In this document: positions 9,662 to 17,800 of the stretch, piece after piece | Layout of the letters: each line of letters begins with the position of its first letter | Numbering within the stretch: the first letter of the stretch is position 1 | Assembly (NCBI GenBank): GCA_964514585.1 | Contig: CAZETU010000001.1 | Coordinates: 165,184-229,183, forward strand | Source: Candidatus Woesearchaeota archaeon | Lineage (GTDB): Archaea; Nanobdellota; Nanobdellia; Pacearchaeales; GW2011-AR1 | Length of the DNA stretch: 64,000 nt | Direction: 5' to 3' | Program-made: the position numbers and the translations under genes | The notes under the pieces: model-generated | Told to the model about the DNA's origin: nothing | What the model saw: only the letters and a program-made list of their open reading frames with translations | Databases searched by the model: none

Positions 9662-9823
9662 TTATACTTTTTCTCCTAATTTAGTTTGATTCTGCATAGT
9701 TAACAACCGCGCAATTTCCTTTTTAATGCTTTTCTTTTTTGTCGGATTCTTCAATAATTCGATCTTCAAATCGACAATCTTCTTCGCTGCTTCCTTATCT
9801 GTTATATTTTTTTCTTTTGCCAT
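9662..9823 (-). CDS. rpl29: Ribosomal protein uL29 (absent from the ORF track because it is under 60 aa)
   Basis: My minus-strand translation is MAKEKNITDKEAAKKIVDLKIELLKNPTKKKSIKKEIARLLTMQNQTKLGEKV. Its ATG overlaps the upstream stop by 1 nt (TAATG). Confidence 0.7.
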   Translation of the reverse strand: MAKEKNITDKEAAKKIVDLKIELLKNPTKKKSIKKEIARLLTMQNQTKLGEKV

Positions 9824-10125
9824 TATAAGACCTCGCCGTCTACCAATTTACCTAATTTTGAAATATCAAGCCCAGTTCCTCTCTCCGCTTTATCAAATTC
9901 CTTTTGCCATGCTTCTTGCCAAATGCCATACTGTTTCATGCTTTCAACGTGAGTCTCAAAGCAACCTTTAATATACCCTCTATTATTTTCTCCTACTGCA
10001 TTGTGCATTTTTAAGATATGACGATGAGCTTCCGAAGCAACACCTTCATACAATTTTTTCAGTTCTTTTCTAGCCTCACCATCACTCAAGCCTTCAACCC
10101 TCTCGTCATAAATATTCCTTTCCAT
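9823..10125 (-). CDS. Hypothetical 100-aa, probably helical, protein embedded between rps3 and rpl29
   Basis: Overlaps the S3 stop and the L29 start by 1 nt on each side, so it is translationally coupled inside the r-protein operon. No family recognised. Confidence 0.5.
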   Translation of the reverse strand: MERNIYDERVEGLSDGEARKELKKLYEGVASEAHRHILKMHNAVGENNRGYIKGCFETHVESMKQYGIWQEAWQKEFDKAERGTGLDISKLGKLVDGEVL

Positions 10126-10811
10126 TATTTCTTTTTAACCGCCCTTTTCTTCTTTACTTTCTTAACAGTCTCTTCAATTTCCTCGAAGCTAGCATTCTTC
10201 TTAACCTGATTCATAAACTCTTCATCAATCGTAATCTGGTCATGAACCTTAACGCCAGGAGCCAAAATCGCAACCTTAATTCCAACAATTCCTTGTTTTG
10301 TCTGAGCAACCGATTCAGCTCTATCAACTACACTCGCAGCGTCACCAGTTTTTTTCAAATATCCAAAAGCAAATCTCCAACTTCGAGCCCGGTCACTTGG
10401 CAACTTGCCAGAAACTCGCAACTCAGCACCAAGAGCACCACTATTCTTAATTCTACCAAGAGCCCTATATGCAGAAGCCTTATACTTCATAGCCCCAAAT
10501 CTCTCAAGTGTCAAAGCAATATCATCAGCAACCAACTGAGCATCAAACTCAGGATGCATAATCTCCTCGATATCAACATGCGGATTTTCCATCTTAAATC
10601 TCCTCTTTAAAACTTCAGTCAACTCAGCAATCTTCTCTCCTCGCTTACCAATAATCCAACCAGGCTTATGCGTCGAAACAATAATCTTCTCACCAACAGG
10701 GGTATACTCAATCTCTACTCTCGAAACCTTACCCATACCAAACATCCGCTTCACGAACTGCTTAATATTATATTCTTCCTTCCGAACATTTACAAATTTC
10801 TTTTCTTCCAT
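10125..10811 (-). CDS. rps3: Ribosomal protein uS3 (KH domain)
   Basis: Contains GKRGEKIAELTEVLKRRF and ends in a basic tail. Confidence 0.9.
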   Translation of the reverse strand: MEEKKFVNVRKEEYNIKQFVKRMFGMGKVSRVEIEYTPVGEKIIVSTHKPGWIIGKRGEKIAELTEVLKRRFKMENPHVDIEEIMHPEFDAQLVADDIALTLERFGAMKYKASAYRALGRIKNSGALGAELRVSGKLPSDRARSWRFAFGYLKKTGDAASVVDRAESVAQTKQGIVGIKVAILAPGVKVHDQITIDEEFMNQVKKNASFEEIEETVKKVKKKRAVKKK

Positions 10812-11410
10812 TATTTCTTAGCCCCCTTTTTATTTTTCTTCTTAGTAGCCAAAGATTCCTTAGCCCTAACTTCAATATGAATATGAGCTCTCTTTGCTCT
10901 TCTTCCGCCCTTTCTAAACGGAGCAGATGCCCTATCACTTCGAGCAATCGTAATCACAGGATTCTCAATACCATTAACAACAGCGTTAGCAGCAACCTGC
11001 TTCACAATATCGATAATCGCCTTACATGCATTCTTAGGAAATTTACCACCAGCAAGACCCTTACCTTTCTTATGCCCAACTTCTAAACCAGCCATTGGCA
11101 CAGGTCTCTTCTCAGAGATAACATCTTCAAGTCTCTTGACAGCAGCCTCAGGAGATTTCCTTCTCAATAATCTACAAATAAAAACAGACTGTTTAGGCGA
11201 AATTCTCAAAGAAAATCCATTAGCAATCGCAACATCTTTCTTAACAACTTCCTTCTTCTTAGTCTCAACCTTCTTCTCATCAACTTTCCCTTCTGTCTTC
11301 TTCTCAGTGTCTTTAACTTCCTCAACTTTAGTTTCAACTTTCCCTTCTGTCTTAACTTCTTCCTTCATTTTTTTCTCTTCCACTTTAGTCTCCTTAACTT
11401 CGTCTACCAT
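10811..11410 (-). CDS. rpl22: Ribosomal protein uL22 with ~60-aa repetitive K/E/T/V-rich N-terminal extension
   Basis: Core GFSLRISPKQSVFICRLLRRKSPEAAVKRLEDV...AHIHIEV. N-terminal repeats include TEGKVETKVEE and TEGKVDEKKVE. Confidence 0.85.
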   Translation of the reverse strand: MVDEVKETKVEEKKMKEEVKTEGKVETKVEEVKDTEKKTEGKVDEKKVETKKKEVVKKDVAIANGFSLRISPKQSVFICRLLRRKSPEAAVKRLEDVISEKRPVPMAGLEVGHKKGKGLAGGKFPKNACKAIIDIVKQVAANAVVNGIENPVITIARSDRASAPFRKGGRRAKRAHIHIEVRAKESLATKKKNKKGAKK

Positions 11411-11818
11411 TTACTTCGCCTTCGATACCGTTGATTTAGTTGCGCCTATTCCGGCCTTAGTATGCTTTGCCACTTTCCTCGTCTGAGAAAACTCGCCCAA
11501 TCGATGTCCCAACATTTCCTCGACAATCTCAACCTTAAGATATTCCTTACCATTGTGAACTCCAATAGTTTTACCAACCATCCTAGGAACAATAACTAAA
11601 GACCTATCTTGAGTCTTAATCGCCTTACCCTTCGAAGTCCTCTCCTCACATTTCTTAACAAAAGCCTCAACAACATCATAATTTCTCAAAAGCGTCCTTC
11701 GTTCACGTGCCTTAACCAACTTAGCAAATTCTCGAGTGTCCACTGCTTTCAACTCATTAACATTCTTTCCTCGATAAAACTTATCTTTACTTTTCTTTGC
11801 TATTTCTTCTGATGCCAT
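11411..11818 (-). CDS. rps19: Ribosomal protein uS19
   Basis: Contains GKTIGVHNGKEYLKVEIVEEMLGHRLGEFSQTR. Confidence 0.9.
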   Translation of the reverse strand: MASEEIAKKSKDKFYRGKNVNELKAVDTREFAKLVKARERRTLLRNYDVVEAFVKKCEERTSKGKAIKTQDRSLVIVPRMVGKTIGVHNGKEYLKVEIVEEMLGHRLGEFSQTRKVAKHTKAGIGATKSTVSKAK

Positions 11819-12516
11819 TATCTTTTCTTCCTCCCAGTTCTTCTAGGTCGAATCAAACCAACCTTCTTTCCTGGTGGCGCATTTCGTTTCGCAATCTTAC
11901 TCTTAATCCTCTTCCCTCGACCACTACCGAACGGATGATCAATAGCGTTCATCTTAAGTGCAGAAACTCTTGGCCATAATTTAGATTTAGTTTTCATTAT
12001 ATAAAACTTCTTACCAGCCTTCAAAATTGGTTTAGTCATTCTACCGTCCCCAGCGGCCCTACCAATAGTCGCCCTACAATTAATATTAAATTTCTTTTCT
12101 CTCTTAGACGGCATCATAACCGAAACAACATCTCCAACCTTACCAACGATATAAGCAGCATTACCACCAGTTCTAACAAACTTTCCACCATCCTTAGGAT
12201 TATGCTCAATATTGAAAACTTCCATCCCATTCTTCAAATCTCCAAGCTTCACAATATCCCCAGGCTTATTCCCATCAGCAGAAATCGTCTGCCCAACATA
12301 CAACAAGTTCACAGCAAAATTACTAAACACCTTGCCCTCCTTATTTTTGAACTTAGCAATAGGAACCGAATGCCCAGCCGAAGCCGTCAACTTAACGCAC
12401 TCAAAATCTCCCTTCAAATCCGCAATATAACCAGGCCGAACCTCACTAGCTTTATTCCTAGTTCTATAAGTATGACTTCCCTTTCCTCGTCTCTGCTGAA
12501 TAATTCTCTTTCCCAT
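11818..12516 (-). CDS. rpl2: Ribosomal protein uL2
   Basis: 232 aa with motifs GRNAYGRI-like GGNAAYIVG and HPFGSGRG. Confidence 0.9.
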   Translation of the reverse strand: MGKRIIQQRRGKGSHTYRTRNKASEVRPGYIADLKGDFECVKLTASAGHSVPIAKFKNKEGKVFSNFAVNLLYVGQTISADGNKPGDIVKLGDLKNGMEVFNIEHNPKDGGKFVRTGGNAAYIVGKVGDVVSVMMPSKREKKFNINCRATIGRAAGDGRMTKPILKAGKKFYIMKTKSKLWPRVSALKMNAIDHPFGSGRGKRIKSKIAKRNAPPGKKVGLIRPRRTGRKKR

Positions 12517-12773
12517 TACATCATTCCCAACTTAGTCGCAACATCGACCGCCGGGTACTCCAATTTTAATTTAACATAAGCCACTTTCTTATTTTTCAAA
12601 GTATGCGTCCTAACTTTAGCAACCTTAACATCAAACAAAGCCTCAACCTCGTCCTTAACATCCTTCTTATTAATCGCTCTGTCCACAACAAAAACCAAAA
12701 TATTATCCGTTTCAATCTGCCTAACTATCTTCTCCGTCGATTTTATCTTCTCCAAAATTATTGTCTTGCTCAT
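12516..12773 (-). CDS. rpl23: Ribosomal protein uL23
   Basis: 85 aa at the operon position between L4 and L2. Confidence 0.85.
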   Translation of the reverse strand: MSKTIILEKIKSTEKIVRQIETDNILVFVVDRAINKKDVKDEVEALFDVKVAKVRTHTLKNKKVAYVKLKLEYPAVDVATKLGMM

Positions 12774-13555
12774 TTGAATCGTTCCTCAATTTCTTTAATT
12801 GCTTTTTCAGTATAACAAACCAATCGACCAGGCTCACCATTAGGCGACAAATCCTTAATATTCAAATCATTCACATTAACAACTTCAATTCCCTTCCGCT
12901 TCATCTTCTCTTCATTCCCAAGAACAAATAACATTCCAGCGTTAGACTTATACTTCCGACCCCTCATCTTTCCAATCCCAGCCCGAATAGACTTATGCTT
13001 TAAAACAGTGTAAAAAGCGTCCCCAAAAACAATCTTCATAGCCGCAATAAAGTCCTTAGTCTTAACTTCTAAAATATCATTCCCAAAAACAAATCCAGAT
13101 TCAACTTTCTTCCCATATTTCTTCTCCAAGCTCTTAGCGTCTACTGTTCCAGCCAAAGCAGAATTAAAAGCAATCAAAAGCTCCTTCTTGTTAATTTTCA
13201 AAAACGGATTCTTAGCACTTCGTGGAGCATGCGGTCTTCGTCCACCTCGAGTATTCGAAACTGTAGCACCGATCCAATTAAAACTAGCTCCGTGCCTCGA
13301 CATAACCTTTCTCGGAACTCTAGAAATTCCCTTACCATAAGTAGCCTTCCAATCGTGCCTCTTCTTCTTAGAAATACCAGAAGCAGAATACTGAGCACCA
13401 GCACCTTCCATAGCTCCGTAAGGCTGAGCAAAAACACCCTTCTGCGCCTCGAAAACCTTCGACAAAATATCCTCACGAATCTTAACGCTAAAATTCTTAG
13501 GCAAATCTACAGAACCTTTTTCCTTACCAGCTTTATCGAAAACTTTTGCCTTCAT
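12770..13555 (-). CDS. rpl4: Ribosomal protein uL4
   Basis: 261 aa with L4 core, positioned between L3 and L23. Confidence 0.85.
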   Translation of the reverse strand: MKAKVFDKAGKEKGSVDLPKNFSVKIREDILSKVFEAQKGVFAQPYGAMEGAGAQYSASGISKKKRHDWKATYGKGISRVPRKVMSRHGASFNWIGATVSNTRGGRRPHAPRSAKNPFLKINKKELLIAFNSALAGTVDAKSLEKKYGKKVESGFVFGNDILEVKTKDFIAAMKIVFGDAFYTVLKHKSIRAGIGKMRGRKYKSNAGMLFVLGNEEKMKRKGIEVVNVNDLNIKDLSPNGEPGRLVCYTEKAIKEIEERFK

Positions 13556-14487
13556 CTCAACTCAAGCACCTCAAGCTTTTTCTTCGCCATAAATTTACTT
13601 GGCTTCATTGCAGGCGTAATCACAATCCCTCTCTTCTGCGGTCCAGGAACAGAACCCTTCAAAATAATATACTCATTCTTCAAAACACCATAATGCTCAA
13701 ACCCACCTTTCTTTTCAAAATCACCCTTGCCAATCTTCAAAATTAAATTATTATAACAAATTCTACTATGATATCCAGTCTGTCCCATCTGTGGAGCCCT
13801 AAAAGTAACTCTACACGGATGCCATGGCGCCAAAGATCCCGGTCTCCTTCGACCCTTCTCCGACTTACTAGCTTTCAATGCAATACCAAATCTCTTCATC
13901 GGACCATTCGTCCCAAAACCCTTCGTAACTCCTCTAACATCAACAAGCCCCTCACTGAAAACCTCACTAACCAAAATCTCCTTACCAATCTTCTCCTTAA
14001 CAAAAGCCAACTTCTCTTCCTTCGACCCACTAACGCCAATCTCCAACATATCAGCCTTATTCTTATCAACACAAGTTCCCTTAACTCCAGAATAAACAAT
14101 CACCCTCAAATCATCAAACTCAACATCATCCTTCAACTCACCAACCTTCTTAGAAACCTTAACACTCTTTTTCAACTCCTTCCCATTAGCAACAACAATG
14201 TCCTTCGTAACCTTGCCATCCTTGTAAAATCGAACAGAATAAATCTTCATAGCCGGACATTCAATAACTGTAGCCGGAACAGCAATTCTCTTCCCCTTCG
14301 TCAAAGAAGCCTCAGTATCATCTTTAACCCAAGCAGAAATCATCCCAACCTTATATCCAACAAAACCCATAACACCAACACCATCCTTTTTCAAAGGCGC
14401 CCAATTCACACTAGGCACAACTTTCTTCGCCCGCACCCTCGGGTAAAACTGCAAACTTCCACTGTGTATTCCGTTGTTATCTGTCAT
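13552..14487 (-). CDS. rpl3: Ribosomal protein uL3 (start reassigned to the internal Met of MTDNNGIHSGSLQFYPRVRAKK)
   Basis: The archaeal uL3 N-terminus RRGSLAFSPRKRAK aligns with SGSLQFYPRVRAKK. The ORF-track start at 14565 adds 26 unlikely residues. Confidence 0.85.
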   Translation of the reverse strand: MTDNNGIHSGSLQFYPRVRAKKVVPSVNWAPLKKDGVGVMGFVGYKVGMISAWVKDDTEASLTKGKRIAVPATVIECPAMKIYSVRFYKDGKVTKDIVVANGKELKKSVKVSKKVGELKDDVEFDDLRVIVYSGVKGTCVDKNKADMLEIGVSGSKEEKLAFVKEKIGKEILVSEVFSEGLVDVRGVTKGFGTNGPMKRFGIALKASKSEKGRRRPGSLAPWHPCRVTFRAPQMGQTGYHSRICYNNLILKIGKGDFEKKGGFEHYGVLKNEYIILKGSVPGPQKRGIVITPAMKPSKFMAKKKLEVLELR

Positions 14488-14635
14488 TTTATCAATAGAG
14501 CATAAGCTCAGTAGTTTTACTACGTGATATAACCCTGGTAGCACCCAAAGCGCAATCGTGATCAACCAATCACAAAATTCTCTTCACCCGAACATTTAAG
14601 TTTCGGATGGAACCGTAAAATTACTCACAAATTCG

Positions 14636-14682
14636 GGTATATAAAGATTACTATTACGAAATTTCCACAAACCTTTATAAAA
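14636..14682. promoter_or_regulatory. Divergent promoter region between the r-protein operon and the 14703 gene
   Basis: TTTATAAA lies at 14673-14680, ~25 bp upstream of the ATG at 14703, suggesting a leaderless mRNA. A TATA-like TTTATATA is on the minus strand at ~14638-14645. Confidence 0.4.
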
Positions 14683-14702
14683 CAAAATTACGTTTTTAGC
14701 AT

Positions 14703-15353
14703 ATGGCCATCAAGACTCCAGACATTCTCCCAGGCGAAAAAGGTTATGTTTCTAAAAAAGATCGAACAGCCGTAAAAAAATCAGTCGAGAAGAAAACAAG
14801 AAGAATCACAAGAAAAAAAGAAATGACCATTGGTAAAATCAAAACTGGGTCAAAAGGTTATAGAATCGGTCGACCATCAGTAAATCCAAAAAAAGAAAAA
14901 AAATATATAATCTGGAGATACTCTCGAAAAATCGGAGAAATCGTCATTTCAAAAAGAGATACACCAGATGAAGAAATTTCTCTTAAGTTTAACAGGTTAG
15001 GAGGAATAGGGAACTACAAACATTTAATCCAGGACGCCGATTTCCAATTCCAATGGGCAGTCAAAGAACAAGAACTCCTACTAACCCAAAAAAGATGCCA
15101 CGTCTGCGGAAAACCAATTTCAAAAGCAGCAAAACCAAATCTATACCACTACAACATGTTCAAGAAACGAACAGACCTCCTCGAAGAAGCATCAAAAGTT
15201 GCTCCACAAGTCGTCTCAGGAAAACTAACAATCGAAGAAGGTTGGGAGAAATTCAATGACACCTTAGAAGAAGGAAACAGATACTACATGTCCCTAAAAG
15301 AAGCCGCACTGGTTTGCTCAAGCTGTGCTAAAAAGAAAAATCTAGAATTCTAA
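14703..15353 (+). CDS. Basic protein with C-terminal zinc-ribbon / degenerate HNH-like motif
   Basis: K-rich N-terminus. C-terminal CHVCGKPI...NLYHYNM...VCSSCAKKK gives C-x2-C ... H-x-N ... C-x2-C. Stop overlaps the next start (TAATG). Confidence 0.45.
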   Translation: MAIKTPDILPGEKGYVSKKDRTAVKKSVEKKTRRITRKKEMTIGKIKTGSKGYRIGRPSVNPKKEKKYIIWRYSRKIGEIVISKRDTPDEEISLKFNRLGGIGNYKHLIQDADFQFQWAVKEQELLLTQKRCHVCGKPISKAAKPNLYHYNMFKKRTDLLEEASKVAPQVVSGKLTIEEGWEKFNDTLEEGNRYYMSLKEAALVCSSCAKKKNLEF

Positions 15354-15601
15354 TGGAAAAAAACTGGTTCGTCTACATTCTCGAGTGCCAAGATGGCTCA
15401 TTCTACACAGGCATCACAAACGATCTCGACAAAAGGATGAAAGCTCACGCCGAAGGCAAAGGCTCCAAATATGTCCGCCATAAAAGATTCAAAAAACTTC
15501 TCCGATCAAAACAATGTGAGTCAAGATCAGACGCTCAAAAGACAGAGTGCCACATTAAGACATTACAAAAATACGACAAGTTAGATTACTTCAACCCCTA
15601 G
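15353..15601 (+). CDS. GIY-YIG nuclease domain protein (UPF0213/YhbQ-like)
   Basis: Contains WFVYILECQDGSFYTGITNDLDKRMKAH, which is the GIY-YIG signature. Confidence 0.75.
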   Translation: MEKNWFVYILECQDGSFYTGITNDLDKRMKAHAEGKGSKYVRHKRFKKLLRSKQCESRSDAQKTECHIKTLQKYDKLDYFNP

Positions 15602-15965
15602 CTTCTAAAATCGGCAAGTTAGCCTCAGTAGGAACATAAATCACTTCAGTATTCCCATCATTCAAACCCTCAACAAACTTATACCTAATGTACTCCTCAG
15701 TAATACTCCCAGCAATAATGCTATTAGCATCAGCAATCCCCTGGGCCCGTATAACCTCGGCCTCAGCTTTCAACTTAGCCGACTCCTTCAGGGCCTGAGC
15801 TTCTTGAACAGCAATTTGCCTATTCCACTCAGCCTCCCTCAACTGCGCCTTACCATTCAACTCTCGAGAATAAACCTTATATCTAGGAATCCCCCACAAC
15901 ATAAATCCAATTAACAGCATTACAAAAACAATAGCCACAACAATACCAATCACTTCTTTTTTCAT
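15591..15965 (-). CDS. SPFH/band-7-like protein with N-terminal TM, apparently lacking the SPFH core
   Basis: C-terminus VIRAQGIADANSIIAGSITEEYIRYKFVEGLNDGNTEVIYVPTEANLPIL resembles stomatin/QmcA C-terminal regions. Total length is only 124 aa. Confidence 0.4.
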   Translation of the reverse strand: MKKEVIGIVVAIVFVMLLIGFMLWGIPRYKVYSRELNGKAQLREAEWNRQIAVQEAQALKESAKLKAEAEVIRAQGIADANSIIAGSITEEYIRYKFVEGLNDGNTEVIYVPTEANLPILEARG

Positions 15966-15999
15966 ATCAAAATTAAGTTCCCAATCTATTTAAAACTTC

Positions 16000-16704
16000 T
16001 TAAGCTACAAATTCAGCTTCACTAATTTTTTCTTTCCCGTCACAAATAACCTTTCTAACAATAACACCCTTTCTCTTAGCCATCTCTCTAATCTCAGTAG
16101 GTTTCAACTCAGCCATATTACTTGGGTAAACAATATCTGTAACATTAATAGTATGATTCACTTTCACTTCCTGAAAATCTCCAACCCCAAAAAGTAACTC
16201 GTCAACAATTCCCTTATCTTCAGTCTTCAACACACAAAAATCAGCCACAGGTCCACCATCTTTTTCCTTACCAGGCTTCCCACTCGCCGGAGCTTTCGGT
16301 TTAACCTTCAGGTCAAAACCATTTCCCTTAAAAGTCAAAGCAAAAAAAGCCTTTGGATATTTATCCATTAAATCAAAAATTTGCGAAGCTTCAACATCAG
16401 CATCAATCACATGTTTTCTAACACCCTGAAAATTACTAACCTTCTTAATTTCAAACCCCATCTCGCCTTTCAAATCCAAAGTCGAAACAATAACACCCTT
16501 AATAGCAACAGGTCCATTAGTCTGCTCCAAACACCGTCTCACAAAAAGATTAGCATATTCAACACCGCCCTTAACAGCCCACTTCTTTGCCTGCCTTTTC
16601 CCGTCAAGCAAATACTTATTTTTATATTCCCCTCGACCAAATTTTAAAAACGCAATATGAACCTCATCATCAAAAACTCCCTCAAAGATTTTTTTCACAA
16701 CCAT
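16000..16704 (-). CDS. Hypothetical protein, two domains joined by a G/P/K-rich linker
   Basis: 234-aa ORF with no recognisable motifs. Confidence 0.45.
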   Translation of the reverse strand: MVVKKIFEGVFDDEVHIAFLKFGRGEYKNKYLLDGKRQAKKWAVKGGVEYANLFVRRCLEQTNGPVAIKGVIVSTLDLKGEMGFEIKKVSNFQGVRKHVIDADVEASQIFDLMDKYPKAFFALTFKGNGFDLKVKPKAPASGKPGKEKDGGPVADFCVLKTEDKGIVDELLFGVGDFQEVKVNHTINVTDIVYPSNMAELKPTEIREMAKRKGVIVRKVICDGKEKISEAEFVA

Positions 16705-16759
16705 GACTCATAAATACTAATTCTCTTTATAAATTTTCCTCATACCAAGATTTTATAAA

Positions 16760-17797
16760 TTGGCAATCCATAGTATTATCATGCTTGATCACAGCGACAT
16801 AAAAAGGGGATTAGTCGTCGCAATAATCGTCGGTATCTTCGCCCTAACCTTCTTCGTCCTAAGACCAATTATCATCTCAATAATCTTCGGATTAATGTTC
16901 GCATACTTATTCAATCCAATTCACAAAAGAATCAAAACAAAAATTCCAGGGAAAAACCTACCGGCACTTCTCTTAATGCTCGGCATACTAATTTTAATAG
17001 CAATTCCAATTTTCTACTTCACGCCAATCTTAGTAAAACAAATATTCAATACGTATGTAATGTTCCAGGGGTTTAATTTTCAAGAATTAATAGGCCAATT
17101 TATAGAAGGGGATATAGCCTCGACAATAGCAATCAACCTAGATAATATCGTAGGCAAATTTTTCTCTTCTCTTCTTAGTCAATTCACAAGTCTCGTCGTC
17201 AATTTACCTTCTCTTTTACTTCAATTAGCAGTATTCTTATTTACATTTTACTTTGCGATAAGAGACTCAGAAGAATTAAGTAAATACATAAAATCACTTT
17301 CTCCATTCTCAGAATCAACAGCAGGAAAATTCTTAAAAGAATTCCGAGGAATAACTAACGCAATCGTCTTCGGTCAAGTTCTTATAGGAATTATTCAAGG
17401 TCTTTTAGTAGGGCTAGGGCTATTCTTGCTCGGGGTCCCACAAGCATTAGTCTTAACTTTTGTAGCATGTCTCGTTTCGATAATTCCAGTCCTAGGCTCG
17501 TGGTTTATCTGGTTGCCAGCTGGTATATTCCTAATTATCGCAGGGCAAACATTTTCAGGAATATTCATGTTGCTATACGGAGCAATCTTCATTTCAACAA
17601 TCGATAATCTTCTCCGCCCATATTTCCTATCAAGACAATCAAATCTCCCAGTTGCACTAAGTGTTATTGGAACAATTGGCGGACTATACTTTTTCGGAAT
17701 CGCCGGGCTTATCTTAGGACCTTTAGTCTTAGCCTACGCATTAATCATAATTGAATTCTATCAACAAGGGAAACTAAAGGAACTATTCAATAAGTAA
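16760..17797 (+). CDS. AI-2E family transporter (UPF0118/PerM-like)
   Basis: 345 aa, 8-TM pattern with conserved IIPVLGSWFIWLPAG region. Confidence 0.75.
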   Translation: MAIHSIIMLDHSDIKRGLVVAIIVGIFALTFFVLRPIIISIIFGLMFAYLFNPIHKRIKTKIPGKNLPALLLMLGILILIAIPIFYFTPILVKQIFNTYVMFQGFNFQELIGQFIEGDIASTIAINLDNIVGKFFSSLLSQFTSLVVNLPSLLLQLAVFLFTFYFAIRDSEELSKYIKSLSPFSESTAGKFLKEFRGITNAIVFGQVLIGIIQGLLVGLGLFLLGVPQALVLTFVACLVSIIPVLGSWFIWLPAGIFLIIAGQTFSGIFMLLYGAIFISTIDNLLRPYFLSRQSNLPVALSVIGTIGGLYFFGIAGLILGPLVLAYALIIIEFYQQGKLKELFNK

Positions 17798-17800
17798 TCT

